Positions 25,163 through 38,414 of a DNA stretch of 64,000 nucleotides are shown piece by piece. The notes under the pieces were generated by a model. It made no database searches. It was given only the letters and a program-made list of their open reading frames with translations, and was not told where the DNA came from. The stretch covers positions 66,650,001 to 66,714,000 of the forward strand of contig NC_043008.1 of assembly GCF_006345805.1 (NCBI RefSeq), written 5' to 3'. Source of the DNA: Octopus sinensis. Taxonomy: Eukaryota. Each line of letters opens with the position of its first letter. Position 1 is the first letter of the stretch. A program made the position numbers and the translations under genes.

Positions 25163-25560
25163 TCTATATATAGAAAGCTGAAGTTGTCTGTGTATGGCAG
25201 GTTTGGTAGCCTTCAACTAACACTATCTCCTCCGAGACCCTGCGGTGCAAGTTGACCAAAATCGAGAGTATGATAGAAGAATGCTTGCTCTTCCTTCCTT
25301 AGAAGAAAAAATTCAAATCGGACCATGTTAACACCAAAAATTATTTACATCAAAAAGGCGATTTTTTTTTCTATGAAAATCCCTATTTTTTATGGATTTT
25401 TTTACTGCTGTGTCGCCATTTTTTGGTGTATTTCAATCAGAAAAATGTTCTCTTAAAGAGAATAACAAGCTACATAATGCAAAAGTTTTACTTTTCAAAA
25501 ACTCCAATTCTAAAGGGTTGAAAAGAAAACAAGCCCAAGCATGGTTCTGACTCTGACTGA
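25163..25560 (+). mobile_element. Non-autonomous Helitron 5' portion
   Basis: A|TCTATATATAGAAAGCTGAAGTTGTCTGTG start typical of non-autonomous Helitrons. No CTAG end seen. Confidence 0.55.
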
Positions 25561-26209
25561 CTTGGGAAGAAAAAGAGTTTAGAATTTTTTTCTTCTTTTG
25601 AACCCCGAGTCATCACACACAAATACTGTCCTTAGCCATTGATGGGGCTGTAGATGTATATGGGCATTTGTGTTTGAACAGCAGTCCACTTTTTAGTACA
25701 TTTATATATAAATGTCTTGCTTTTCCTTGAGCTGTTAATGCATTCAGACTCATTAGTGTTATGTTGTCACATATAGCATCTGTTGGGTATTTAAACATGG
25801 TGGAGTCTATCCCTCTTCAAATTTGACCAGAGCTGATTTCTTCAAATAAGAGAGAAAGAAAGAAAAATTGACTCCCAGGTCATGACTGATGCTTTCAACT
25901 TGGAGTGCAGAATGTCAGAACAAATGCTGCTAACCATTCTACCTTCTGTGTTAACAACTGTATCAATCCATTACTCAATAATTGCAATTAACTGAATTGA
26001 ATAAGAAAACATGATGATGATGATAATGACAGAGGATCACAAGTAAATGTATCTTCTCATGCACATCTGTTAACACATTCTCACATCCATTCCCATTTAA
26101 ACACAAATTATCAACAAGACATCTGCACTTTTACGTATTTATATACCCCAACCACATACGCTGTCCTTCAGTAAATCTTGTAACCATGACTATCAATGTT
26201 CCATTGTAG

Positions 26210-26295
26210 AGGCTCTCGGAAAACTAAAGCTGTCAAGAAAGTAGAGAAAGATAAATCATCACTGCCAGGAGAGAAGTCATCAAAGCCTAAAGCAC
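26210..26295 (+). CDS. MORF4L1: MRG15 exon 5, Lys/Ser-rich linker (GSRKTKAVKKVEKDKSSLPGEKSSKPKA)
   Basis: TTGTAG acceptor, GTAGGT donor. Phase 2 in and phase 1 out fit the flanking exons. Linker is poorly conserved, so support comes from phase and composition. Confidence 0.8.
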
Positions 26296-26532
26296 GTAGG
26301 TGTACGCATGTTGTTGTTGTTGTTATTGCAGGGTTATAGTAGCTGTTGTTTTTCCCAGCCAATCCCCAGTTGACTTGTTACAGCATAGAGATTGCCAATC
26401 AAACATCCAGAAACAGTCTACATCTCCAGTGTCCTACTCTATCTTACTCCACTCTGATCTAGGTACCATGTGGTACACCCCATTATGTTGTGTGGGGGTG
26501 CAGTGTAGCTGAGTCTGTTGTGTGCAGTCTAA

Positions 26533-26750
26533 AAGGCGGCGAGCTGGCAGAGACGTTAGCACGCCGGGCGAAATGCTGAGCAGTATTTCGTCTGCCGTTA
26601 CGTTCTGAGTTCAAATTCCGCCGAGGTCGACTTTGTCTTTCATCCTTTTGGGGTCGATAAATTAAGTACCAGTTACGCACTGGGGTCGATATAATCGACT
26701 TAATCTGTTTGTCTCCTCTGTGTTTAGCCCCTTGTGAGTAGTAAAGAAAT
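26533..26750 (+). mobile_element. Meta-domain SINE, family B. Other copies 878-1098 (-), 28470-29120 (three, +), 39395-39560 (-), 43565-43780 (-), 54945-55140 (-)
   Basis: GAGGTCGACTTTG...CATCCTTT.GGGGTCGATAAATTAAGTACCAG resembles the MetaSINE/Sauria central domain. Confidence 0.85.
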
Positions 26751-26897
26751 AGGTGCAGTCTATGAGTTAGTGTATGTGTGAAGGTACAGTGCTGTTATTA
26801 AAATATGTTGTGTTGATTGTAGTTTGGTAATGTGCGGGTACAATGTGATCCCAATTTCAATAGAAAATGTTATTTCTAGCATCCTGTTTTTTTAACT

Positions 26898-27232
26898 CAG
26901 AGGTTCTCAACCAAGGTTCATATAAGATTTTGATGGGTCCACGCAAGCAAAATAGTAATTTGAGGATCCACAGTATTATTTTAAGGGTCCATGAAAAAAT
27001 TTTGCTTTAGATATATTTATTTCAAGTAACAGCTAGGTTTCTTTATCTAACACTTAACATAGTTCAACATGTTTCTTGCTAACATATGCAAATAAACATG
27101 TGAAAAACAAAGTAGAAATTTTGAAAGAAAAATCTATAAAACTAGTTTCTAAAACATCAAATGGCTCTGGGGAGCCACCAGCATAAAATAGTAATCAAAG
27201 AGGCCCATATGTGAAAAATTGTTGAGAACCAG
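26898..27232. mobile_element. hAT (Charlie-like) MITE. Related copy about 34730-35090
   Basis: CAGAGGTTCTCAAC...GTTGAGAACCAG termini, 8-bp TSD TTTTAACT at 26890-26897 and 27233-27240. Confidence 0.8.
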
Positions 27233-27379
27233 TTTTAACTAAGCACATTTCATTCATGGTTAATTATATTGGTAAATATATTGTAGCAAGTTCAGTTGAT
27301 TGCTAATTTTCTGCACTATCCCTGTGGCTGTATGAAATATTTGATAATAAAGCTGTGTTGGATGGATTTCCCATTTTAG

Positions 27380-27495
27380 CCCAATCATCAGCCACTGACA
27401 GCAACAATAGTGCGTCTTCAAGTGCAGCCTCAACACAGACAACAAGTGCAGACTTAAAGCGAAAGAAGGCAAAACTAGACTCCAATGTGGAATCA
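27380..27495 (+). CDS. MORF4L1: MRG15 exon 6 (...ADLKRKKAKLDSNVES)
   Basis: TTTTAG acceptor, GTAAGT donor. KRKKAKLDSNVES corresponds to RKKRARVDPTVEN of MRG15 (NLS-like). Confidence 0.9.
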
Positions 27496-29115
27496 GTAAG
27501 TTAAAATGTTCTTTGAGTTCATACTTTTATTAAACAGAAGCGTGTTTATTTCATGTTCCTTACACAGGTACATATAAGCCATGTGTGAAAGCACGCAACC
27601 CGGCTGTATATTGTACCCCTGAGCAAGACACTTTATTTTGCATTGCTCCAGTTCACTCAGCTGGCAAAAATGAGTTGTACCTGTGTAATTCAGAGGGCCA
27701 GCCTTGTCACATCCTGTGCACACTGAATCTCCTTGTGAACTACGTTAAGGATACATGTGCCTGGGGAGTGTTCAACCACTTGCATATTAATTTCACAAGC
27801 AAGCTGTTCCATTGATCAGATCAACTGGAACCCTCGTAACTGACAGTGCCACATATAGGCATATCTCAGCTTCCATTGGTAAATGGTTCCAAGGCATGCA
27901 ACTTTACTCAAAAATCAACATAACACAGAAAAACATTTTAAAAGATTTATTACTTTATATCACTTTTAATAAATGGTTTGTTCATATTTTCAAATGTATT
28001 TTATTTAATTTTCCACTTCAGTTTTGATTTTTAAGTGTTTTCTGAAATTTTTATGTTTTTAAATATGTTCCCCTAAACTGATGTAAACTGAAATTGAAGG
28101 GTTTTTTTTTTTCTATTAATTTCTTTAAAAAACAGCATTAATTTGAAAAAGATGCAACTTGAAACAACATGAGTTGATGTATGCCTGTATAGTTTTCAGT
28201 CATTTTGGTTAAATAAGGAAACCCATGAATGGAAAGAGATTGGTAAATGGTTATTCTGTGAGAATTCCATGGTTCAATGAGAATATAAAATAGATGAAAA
28301 AAAATTCCTTTGAAACAATCAACAAAACCAATACATTTAGATTGAACTTAGCTGTAATGAGTTTTGGAATAGTAGTTCTAAAAATTGTTTCTCGTTTACC
28401 AAATTACTTTGGAATTCATGATCATTTTACATTTGCTTTCCTTGCTGGTTATTACTGTCCAAGGCAGCAAGCTGGCAGATTCATTACCATGTCAGACAAA
28501 ATTGTTAGTAGTATATTTCTTCAGGCTCTTCGCATTCTGAGTTCAAATGCCGCTTAGGTTGACTTTGCCTTTCATCCTTTCAGGGTCAGTAAAATAAAGT
28601 ACCAGTTAAATACTGGGGTAAATGTAATTGACTTGCCTCTTCTCCTCAAAATTGCTGGCCTTATGCCAAAATCAGAAAGAATTATTATTATGGTGAGCTT
28701 GCAGAATCGTTAACTTGCCAGGCAAAATGCTTAGCAGCATATATTCTTTGTGTTCTGAGTTAAAATTCTGCCAAGGTCAGCTTTGCCTTTCATCCTTTCG
28801 GGGTTTGATGAAGTAAGTACCACTGATGTCAATGTTATCTAGTCCCCCTCCCCCAAAATTTCAGCCATTTTGCCTATAGTAGAAAGGATTATTATTATTA
28901 TTAAGGTGGCAAGCTGGCAGAATCGTTAGCACACTGGATGAAATGCTTAGCGATATTTCGCCCATCACTACGTTCTGGGTTCAAATTCCGCCAAGGTCAA
29001 CTTTGCCTTTCATCCTTTCAGGGTCGATAAATTAAGTACCAGTGAAACATTGGGGTTGATGTAATCAACTGGTCCCCTCCCCCAAAATTTCAGACCTTGT
29101 GCCTATAATAGAAAG

Positions 29116-29200
29116 GATTATTATTATTATTATTATTATTATTACTACTACTACTACAACTACTGTTATTATTATCATTATTATTATTATTATTATTAAT
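29116..29200. repeat. (ATT)n/(ACT)n tract, SINE tail, immediately upstream of the candidate cassette exon
   Basis: Direct inspection. Confidence 0.9.
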
Positions 29201-29209
29201 AATTTATAG

Positions 29210-29464
29210 GAGAAAGAAGAATCAACATCCCGAAGAGCTGCTTGGAAAGCATCTGATAAAGTACGAAAGTCTGCATCTGAAGACAACAAAGTGAACAGCA
29301 GTGACTGGAACCTGCAGAAGCGTGGTCGGGGTAAAGGTAGAAAAGAGGTGGACTCCCCTAATGAATCGGACCATTCAGAAATAAGCAACAGTACAAATGT
29401 GGAAAAAGACAGCAAACCATGTCAAATCCACACACAGATCCGAGAAATCAGTATTACAGAAAAG
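29210..29464 (+). CDS. MORF4L1: Candidate extra/cassette MRG15 exon, 85 aa, phase 0-0
   Basis: TTTATAG acceptor, AAG|GTAACT donor, 255 nt with no stop in the gene frame. Not homologous to canonical MRG15 as I know it. Confidence 0.6.
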
Positions 29465-29965
29465 GTAACTTCTATGGACCCAATAACTGAAAATTTTATT
29501 TCTAATTTATCGATACACAATCTTTTATATATGGGTTTCTATGACTTTTGTGCTTTTAACTAAACATGTTTCGTCTCTGGTTAATTGCTGGTATATATAT
29601 ATTGTAATGTTTGACTTAATTATTTTTCATCATCATCACTGAGCTGGCGGAATCGTTAGTGTGCCAGAGAAAATGCTTAGCAGCATTTCTTCTGTCACCT
29701 TATGTTCTGTGTTTAATAAATTCTGTCCACATGATGTCAAGACAAGGGTACAGATCAATACATACACACACACACACATATTTATTTGACAGGCTTATTT
29801 CAGTCTCTGTTTACCAAATTCACTCACAGGGCTTTGGTCAGACTGGAGCTTGTTCAAGGTCCCACACGGTGGGATTGAACCTGAGACCACATGGTGAGGG
29901 AGCAAACTTCTTAATCACACAGTCACACTTGTGCCTATTCGTAATCATGCAGCTATACCTCTGCT

Positions 29966-30010
<45 letters not shown>

Positions 30011-30449
30011 CTGCTTATATACATATATATATATGTGTACGTTATATGATGTCCCTTACAATGTTTGAAAAATAGGAAGTGGTGGCCATGGTTGGGACCC
30101 TTTTCTAACAAATCTGCATGATCAGAGCCTTTCAGTTTCCGTCTACCAAATCCACTCACAGTGCTTTGCCCAGCCCAAAGCTAAAGTAGAAGACACTTGC
30201 CTGAGGTGTCATGCAGTGGGACTGAACCCGGAACCATGTGATTGGGAAGCAAGCTTCTTACCGCACAGCCACACCACAAGGTCTTTTATTCTGCATTTGA
30301 CCATTTTTGCCAGTCTTTAACCATTTTGTCTGGCAGTTTGCTGATTCAACTATTCACTCTCTCTCTCTCTCTCTCTCTCTCTTTATATAAAACTATTTTC
30401 TGTTTTTTTTTACCCTTTTTTAAAAATATTTATGTTTGTATTCCTTCAG

Positions 30450-30551
30450 GAGGATCATTTCCCATCAAAGATGGAAATAAAAGTAAAGCTACCCGAAGAT
30501 TTGAAACCCTGGCTTGTTGATGACTGGGACTTAATAACCAGGCAGAAGCAG
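30450..30551 (+). CDS. MORF4L1: MRG15 exon 7 ([34 protein letters not shown]), MRG domain
   Basis: CCTTCAG acceptor, GTAGAG donor. Hallmark [17 protein letters not shown]. Confidence 0.97.
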
Positions 30552-31006
30552 GTAGAGAAGATAATATCATTTCCATCATGAAACATCTCTTTAACTGAAA
30601 ACTGACATACCGAGGATTTTGTCTCAGATTCTTTTATTTTATTCTTTTACTTGTTATCAGTCATTGGACTGCGACCATGCTGGAACCTTAACTTGAAGAG
30701 ATTAGTCAAACGAATTAAGCCCAACACTTATTTTCATCATCATCATCATTTAATCTCTGTTTTCCATGCTGGCATGTGCTGGATGGAGGAAGTCTTCACC
30801 CTTTATCTAGTACACACATCATCACCTATGGTTGTACATTAAACGAGACTGGCACCCATGGGAATTTCAATTACCCCTCTTGTAATTTATCTGAAGTAAA
30901 GTGACATGTAAAATGCACCCATGCAGGTGACATGTAAAGGTATCCATGCTTGTGATGCTTAAAAACCAGCCAGAAAATCAGCAGTGTACCTGTGTATATA
31001 CATACT

Positions 31007-31040
<34 letters not shown>

Positions 31041-32012
31041 GGTAAGTGCAGGCATGGCTGTGTGGTAAAAATCTTGCTTCCCCTACTGCATGTTTTTAGG
31101 TTCAGTTCCACTGCGTGGCATCTTAGGCAAGTATCTTCTATAGCTTTGGATCAACCAAAACCTTGTGGGCAGATTTGGTAGTTGGAAACTGAAAGAAGCC
31201 TGCTATGTGTGTGTCTGTCTGTCTGTCTGTCTTTGTTCCCTCACCTCTGCTTCACAACTGGTGTTGGAGTGTTTACATCCCTGTAACTCAGCAGTTTGGC
31301 AAAAGAGACTCTTTACTCCTTTGCTTGTTTCAGTCATTTGACTGCGGCCATGCTGGAGCACCACCTTTAGTCGAGCAAATCAACGCCAGGGCTTATTCTT
31401 TGTAAGCCTAGTACTTATTCTATCGGTCTCTTTTGCAAAACTGCTAAGTTACGGAGACGTAACACACCAGCATCAGTTGTCAAACGATGTTGGGACAAAC
31501 ACAGACACACACATACACGACTGGCTTCTTTCAGTTTCCGTCTACCAAGTCCACTCATAAGGCGCTGGTCGGCCCGCGGTTATAGTAGAAGACATTTGCC
31601 CAAGGTGCCACCCAGTGGGACTGAACCTTGAACCATGTGGTTGGTAAGCAAGCTACTTACCACACAGCCACTCCTGCACCTGATAGAATAAGTACCAGAC
31701 TTTACAAGAAAAGTACTGAGGTGATTTGTTTGACTAAAATTCTTCAATACGGTGCCACACTCTAATGACTGATACAAGAATAAAAAATCTGATCTGTATC
31801 AAAGTAACAAGGGGCCCTAGAAATAGCAGCTAAATCTCCCTCAAATTACATCCTTCTTTACAATAAAGTAAATGACGTTAGTTAAAGCAGTCTTAGGAAC
31901 CACCTAGAAAGACAGGATGGTCATGTCGTGGTTGGAACCCCTCTGATGATAGGTTTTTCTTACGAGATCTGTATGTATTTTGAGTTTCTCTTTTTTTCTT
32001 TTTTTTCTCTAG

Positions 32013-32098
32013 CTTGTTTCATTACCTGCTCGAACCACAATTGACTCAATCTTAGAGCAATATCTGGCCTACAAGCTAAAAACAGGGACCATGCCCAA
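32013..32098 (+). CDS. MORF4L1: MRG15 exon 8 (LVSLPARTTIDSILEQYLAYKLKTGTMP)
   Basis: Long polypyrimidine tract+AG, GTAAGC donor. LPA...DSILE.Y motif. Confidence 0.95.
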
Positions 32099-32473
32099 GT
32101 AAGCTCAACTTTTCTACATTAATTAAACAGTAACATATTTAACTTTTGGCGTTTATGTATTTGTCTTGCAAGATTCCTGATGTGTAATCGTGTGTTGAAA
32201 CAGATATTGTTGTATTTGGTGATGGTCATTTCTTTTCCCTTGCCAAATAAACACATGCACTATATATTCGTTCTTCACTTGTTTATTACTGTTCTTATTT
32301 TATGTCCAATGATTGGAAATCTTTTGCCACACACTTGTGACCTCTTCAGTAACTTTTCATCCCATGTGTCTCCTCCTGTCTGTCCTCAGAGAATAGTAAT
32401 AAACAAGTGAAGGACAAATATATAGTGCATGTGTTTATTTGGCAAGGGAAAAAAAATGACCCTTCTCCTTCAA

Positions 32474-34006
32474 ATATAACACTAATGTATTTAATTAATT
32501 TCTTTTTGCTTGCAAACAATTCATTATAATTTTACAAGACCTGTTGAAGCAGAGGCAAGTGTGTGACACTTGTGAAGACCTGTTGAGGCAAGTGAAAATC
32601 AAACCAAATCAAAATAGATGAACATCAATGGAATTTGTATCTTTGTGGTACCAGTACCGGTGGCACACAAGAAAACCATCCGAACGTGGCCGTAGCCAGT
32701 ACCGCATCGACTGGCCTCTGTGATGTGGGCACATAACAAACACCATCCGATCGTGGTGGCCCCTACCTGGGACGTAGTCAGTCCACCTGTGCATACCTTC
32801 CTTCTTGTGACACTTGTGAAGACCTGTTGAGGCAAGTGAAAATCAACAAATCAAAAAATCAAAACAAATCAAAATAGATGAACATCAATGGAATCTGTAT
32901 CTCTGTGGTACCAGTGCCGGTGGCACACAAGAAAACCATCCGAACGTGGCTGTAGCCAGTACCGCATCGACTGGCCTCTGTGCTGTGGGCACATAACAAA
33001 CGCCATCCGATCGTGGCCGTTCGCCAGCCTCATCTGGCACCTGTCCGAAGACCCGGCAAGACTAGTCAGGCCATAGCCTGTGGCCCCTTCCTGGGACGTA
33101 GTCAGTCCACCTGTGCATACCTTCCTTCTTATGACACTTGTGAAGACCTGTTGAGGCAAATGCTAATCAAATCAAATGACACTTGTGAAGACCTGTTGAG
33201 GCAAGTGATAATAATAATAATAATAATCATAATCAAATCAAATCAAAACAAATCAAAATAGATGAACATCAATGGAATTTGTATCTTTGTGGTACCAATG
33301 CCGGTGGCACACAAGAAAACCATCCAAAGACCCGGCAAGACTAGTCAGGCCATAACCCGTGGCCCCTACCTGGGACGTAGTCAGTCCACCTGTGCATACC
33401 TTCCTTCTTATGACACTTGTGAAGACCTGTTGAGGCAAGTATGTGACACTTGTGAAGACCTGTTGAGGCAAGTGTGTGACAGTTGTGAAGACCTGTTGAG
33501 GCAAGTGAAAATCAAACCAAATCAAAATAGATGAACATCAATGGAATTTGTATCTTTGTGGTACCAGTGCCGGTGGCACACAAGAAAACCATCCGAACGT
33601 GGCCGTAGCCAGTACCGCATCGACTGGCCTCCGTGCTGTGGGCACGTAACAAACACCATCCGATCGTGGCCGTTCGCCAGCCTCATCTGGCACTTGTGTC
33701 GGTGGCACATAAAAACACCATCCGAGCGTGGCCGTCTGCCAGCCTCGTCTGGCACCTGTGTCGGTGGCACATAAAAAACACCATCTGAGCGTGGCCGTTC
33801 ACCAGCCTCGTCTGGCACCTGTGTCGGTGGCACATAAAATCACCCACTACACTCTCGGAGTGGTTGGCGTTAGGAAGGGCATCCAGCTGTAGAAACACTG
33901 CCAGATCTGACTGGCCTGGTGCAGCCTTCGGGCTCCCCAGACTCCAGTTGAACCGTCCAACCCATGCTAGCATGGAAAGCGGACGTTAAATGAGGATGAT
34001 GATGAT
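32474..34006 (+). mobile_element. Rearranged RTE 3'-end/3'UTR concatemer in MRG15 intron 8, plus about 60 bp of flank shared with 50287-52354
   Basis: Repeated AAGACCCGGCAAGAC (RTE ORF end), GAAGACCTGTTGAGGCAAG units, 60-bp UTR units and the GCATGGAAAGCGGACGTTAAA(TGA)n tail. Confidence 0.8.
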
Positions 34007-37000
34007 CTGCTTTTTTTTTTTCTGTACTTGCACAAGGATTTGATGGGTTTTTCAAGCACATTCTCTCTCCTATATTTACCTTATGCCTTGAGAATATACC
34101 CTCACTATTTCTCACTTCCTTTCTAGCTGAAGATGCCATGTATCTCTTCTTCAACAAGACACCTGTTCTTCCTCTTTCATACTTTCGCCTCTCTCAAACT
34201 ATACTCCAACTCAGTTGAGGGTGACCTCACTAGTGCAGGTGCCACGCAAAAAGCATCCAGTACTTTCTGTAAAGTGGTTGGTGTTAGGAAGAACGTCCAG
34301 TTATAGAAACTGTGTCAAAGCAGACTTTGGAGCTTGCTGCAGTTCTCTGGCTCATCAATTCCTGTCAAACCCATCCTCTTATGCCAGCATGGAAATGGAC
34401 ATTAAACAATGATTATCATCATCATATGATTTCACATTACTGTTGTGGTTCCTTGGATTCAGACCTTTCTCTCTCATGTTTCAGGTAGATTTTCGATGGC
34501 TGGCTGCTCCCCACCCCCATTTCCAAAGGTGAAGATTGTTTCCAATATACTGTAGCCATAGAAACTAAGCCAAATGACTTGTACAATCACATGTCTATGG
34601 GAGCAGCGACTCACAGTAGGAAGCAACTTGGACCAAAATGATCCACCTAACTCATACCAGCATGGAAAGTGGATGTAAAATGATGGGATGACTTCTTCAT
34701 ATTGAGATTATTGAGGCTTAAGGGGTCTAGATCGGTAGTTCTCAGCTGGGGTTCGTATGGTTCCTGAGAATCCATATAAGATTTTTGGGGGTCCACGTAA
34801 CAAAATAGTAAATTGGGGATCCAATAGCATTCATTTTAAGGGCTTGGTATGTATTGCAAGAAACTGCTGGGTTCTTTCTATGAGTGAATGCCTTCTTTCT
34901 CTTACATTTTCCTTAGTTCAACCTACACGAGTTAATGTGTGAAAAACGAGACAGGTATGTTGAAAGAAATAGCTACAAAACAAGTTTTTAAACATTGAAT
35001 GAGTATGGGAGTCCACCAGAATAAAAGTAATCAAAGGGAGTTAAATAATAATGGTTGAAAACACCTGATCTGGGTCTTCAGATTACACCCATCCTCCCTG
35101 TGTGTCAATCTCACTCTTATGTATGTTGTTGTTTTTCGTTTGTGTATTGATTTTATGAGTATGTGGCATCATGTAAATGCACCTGTGCAGTGCCATGTAA
35201 AAGTGCCACATAACAGGGCCTGTGTAGTGTCACATAAATGCATCCAGCACACTGTAAAGTGGTTGGTGTTAGGAAGGGCATCAAGCAGTAGAAACCATGC
35301 CAAATCAGACTAGAGTCTGGTGCAACTTGCCAGTTCTGGTCACACTATATGTCACACTGATCACATTATCCAACACATGCCAGCATGGACAATGGACGTT
35401 AAGTGATAATGATGACGATGTTGATTAATTTTGTTTATATTTATTATTGACTGTCAGAAATGTTGACGTGGCACACAATTAAATACCTTGCACTATCTTA
35501 TTATGTCCCTTTATGTTATGCATTGAAATCTTGATAGGTAAAGGGTCTGACATTGTTTGATCCCTATAACCCTTTTGCTAAGCATATTTATCTTTGTGTC
35601 AATTGATTTTGAAAATAACGAAGAATTTACTAAAATAACTTTTCCTTTATTAAGCTGGTATTTGGAACATAGTATGGAATTTTAATGGAAAGTTTGAATT
35701 TAGATAACTTTAACCTTTTAGCATTCAGATTATTTTTTGTCATATGTAATGTTTATTGATTCATGTTGTTTTGAATTAATCATGTATTACCTTGTGGATT
35801 TGAAATATTGATGGTCTGATTGCTTAGTTTTATAATGACATTGTAGGGTAAGTGTGAGAAGCTGAATCTGGCCAAGTAGAACATTTCAGCCAGATATGGT
35901 TGGTTAAAATGGTAAATGGTCAAACAGAGAGTTTGTGTCGTAGAACCAGGTGCTGTCTCAGATGGATCAGCATCAAAAAGGTTAAGAGAGTTTTTCTCAA
36001 ATTGGGTTTTTAAGATTCAGGAACTGTAGGGTTCCATGAGATAAAGTATCTTTTAATAAATATTTTATAATTTATTTTATCAAAAAATATATTAACTATT
36101 TTTAAAATAATAAGTTATTATTTATTCATATAAAACCACAATGCGTAAAATGCATTGTGGTTTTATATGAATAAATTCTTCCTCTAAAACAGTTTTTGTT
36201 TTTTCTAACGTTTTATTAAAGTAGTTTGACCTTAACATTAAGGAATGAGTTCTTTGGTTATTGGAACCATTGCTATATGGTGATAAAATAATTGTGAGTT
36301 TAGTCATATACTTATCTAAAAATGATTGATAAGAATGTTTTCCAAGATTCCTGATGTAAAACCATGAGTTGAAACAGATGTTGCTATACTTAGGGATGGT
36401 CATATTTTGCTGATTAAATACACACACTGTATATTTGGTCTTCACTTCAGCTTTGTTGTTATTATTGGTCAAAGTTCTTTTGTCACACATCCTGTGACCT
36501 CTTTTGCAGTTGGTTGTTTCATGTGTCTTCTCTTGTTCTGCTTATTCCATTTAGAAAATTGTTGATGAGGTCACAGGATGTGTGATGAAAGAGCTTAGAC
36601 AAAGAAACTATAATAACAAAATAGTAATAATAATAATAATAAAACTGAAGTGAAGACCAAATATATAGTGCATATGCTTAATTGACAAAGTATGAAAGTA
36701 TGATTGTCCTCGTAACAGTGTTAATAAAAACTTATTAATATGATTGTTATGAGGACAATATTAATAAAAACTTATTAATGGACCCTTTAGCATTGTAAAC
36801 CAGCCATATCTCGTCCAAATATTCATCCTGTTTTATCTTCAAACTGACCAGATCTGGTCTCTTACACCTACCCTGCAATGTCATTCTAAAAATAAACAAC
36901 CACAGCAAACTCTTTAAGTCATGAGATAATGCATGATTAATTCAAAACTATTACGTGAATGAATGAATGAATATTATATTTTAATGAGTAATCATCATCA

Positions 37001-37394
37001 TCATTTAACGTCCGCTTTACATGCTGACATGAGTGGAACAGTTTGACAAGAGCCAACCAGATAGAAACCTGCACCAGACTTCTGTAACTGTTTCAGCAGG
37101 ATTTTTACAGCTTGACGCCCTTCCTAACACCAACCACTCAGCAGAGATTTTTCTTTTTCTTCTTAATTCTCTTCTGATTCCAAGTGTTGCCAGGGTTTAA
37201 TTTGTCTCTCATACTGTGTTATACTAGGTGCATTTGGCAAGAGCAATAAAGAGCAATTATTGTCCTCCCACAATTTTCTAAAAATATTTTGTCCTTGTGC
37301 CTGACTTAAAAATTTATCTTTAAAAATCCAATGTTTTTTTTTTTATCTTAAATTTCTTCCCTTTTTCACACCTGAATGAATATCTGAATTTTAG

Positions 37395-37494
37395 GGAGAC
37401 TTTGTTGCAAGTGACCCATGGAATCCGGGAATATTTTAACGTTATGTTAGGGACACAGTTACTATACAAATTTGAGAGACCACAATATGCTGAG
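37395..37494 (+). CDS. MORF4L1: MRG15 exon 9 (ETLLQVTHGIREYFNVMLGTQLLYKFERPQYAE)
   Basis: TTTTAG acceptor, GTAAGT donor. EYFNVMLGTQLLYKFERPQYAE identical to MRG15. Confidence 0.98.
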
Positions 37495-37920
37495 GTAAGT
37501 GGTATTTCCAGCATTTGTCACCATTAATGCTTTTGTTACCATGCTTCTGTTGAAATACTCTGCCTTCACTTCAATTAATTTTGGAAATAAGGGAGAATTT
37601 AGTAAAATAATCTTGTCAATATTAATCTGATATTTGAAATATCAATTAACATGAAATTTTGATAATTTTCACTTTAAATCACTGAATTTTTTTTATCAGA
37701 AAACCAGGTGCTGTCATGAGCTAAGGGAAGTAACTTAAATGAGCCAATAGCATAAATTTTGATAAATGAGCTAAAGAATAATTCACTGAATGTCGTGAAT
37801 GCTATCTATGAAAAATGATTAAGTGAAAGTTTCTTCTTGATTAGAGAAAGAAAACAAAAACAAAAAAAAACCAATAAAGATAATTGTTTGTACACTCAAA
37901 GACGAAGTAATTTCATAATA

Positions 37921-38414
37921 CCGTAAATCCTCGAGTATAGCTTGCCCTTAAGTATAATACACAGGGGATTTTTAGGGGGCTGTACCTCTGAAAAATCTAA
38001 ACCTTCTCTAACTTGAGTCAAGGAGGTCTATATAACGTCCTTGGTTTGTCAAAATGTATATGGTAACGTCCTTTATTATTATTGTATATATAACATAATG
38101 CAAACGTGTAGCTTTTTTGTGCATTTTGTTTGTAGAAAATAAAGTAATAACAGTAATAACGTTTAATAAATGTTGCTTACTGCAAGTTATGGATGATTCT
38201 TTTATGACTTCATTGCTTTCAGGCTTAGCTTAAGGTATTTTCGCACCCAACATCACAAAATGCGTCTGAATAAACATTGCCGGACAGCAAATAGAGACTT
38301 GGACATTGCTTAGAAAATGATTTTCATTTTTAACCTCGTATACAGTACGCACTAGGGATTTTGACATTTAAATTTTTTGGGGGAAAAATATGGATTATAC
38401 TTGAGGATTTACGG
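37921..38414. mobile_element. pogo-type MITE, about 500 bp
   Basis: TA-CCGTAAATCCTCGAGTATA...TATACTTGAGGATTTACGG-TA. Confidence 0.9.

Noticed and set aside
32540-33850. Repeat-plus-spacer look (GAAGACCTGTTGAGGCAAG units) suggestive of CRISPR
   Set aside because: The intervening segments are themselves repeated RTE 3'UTR pieces of irregular length, the context is eukaryotic, and there are no cas genes.
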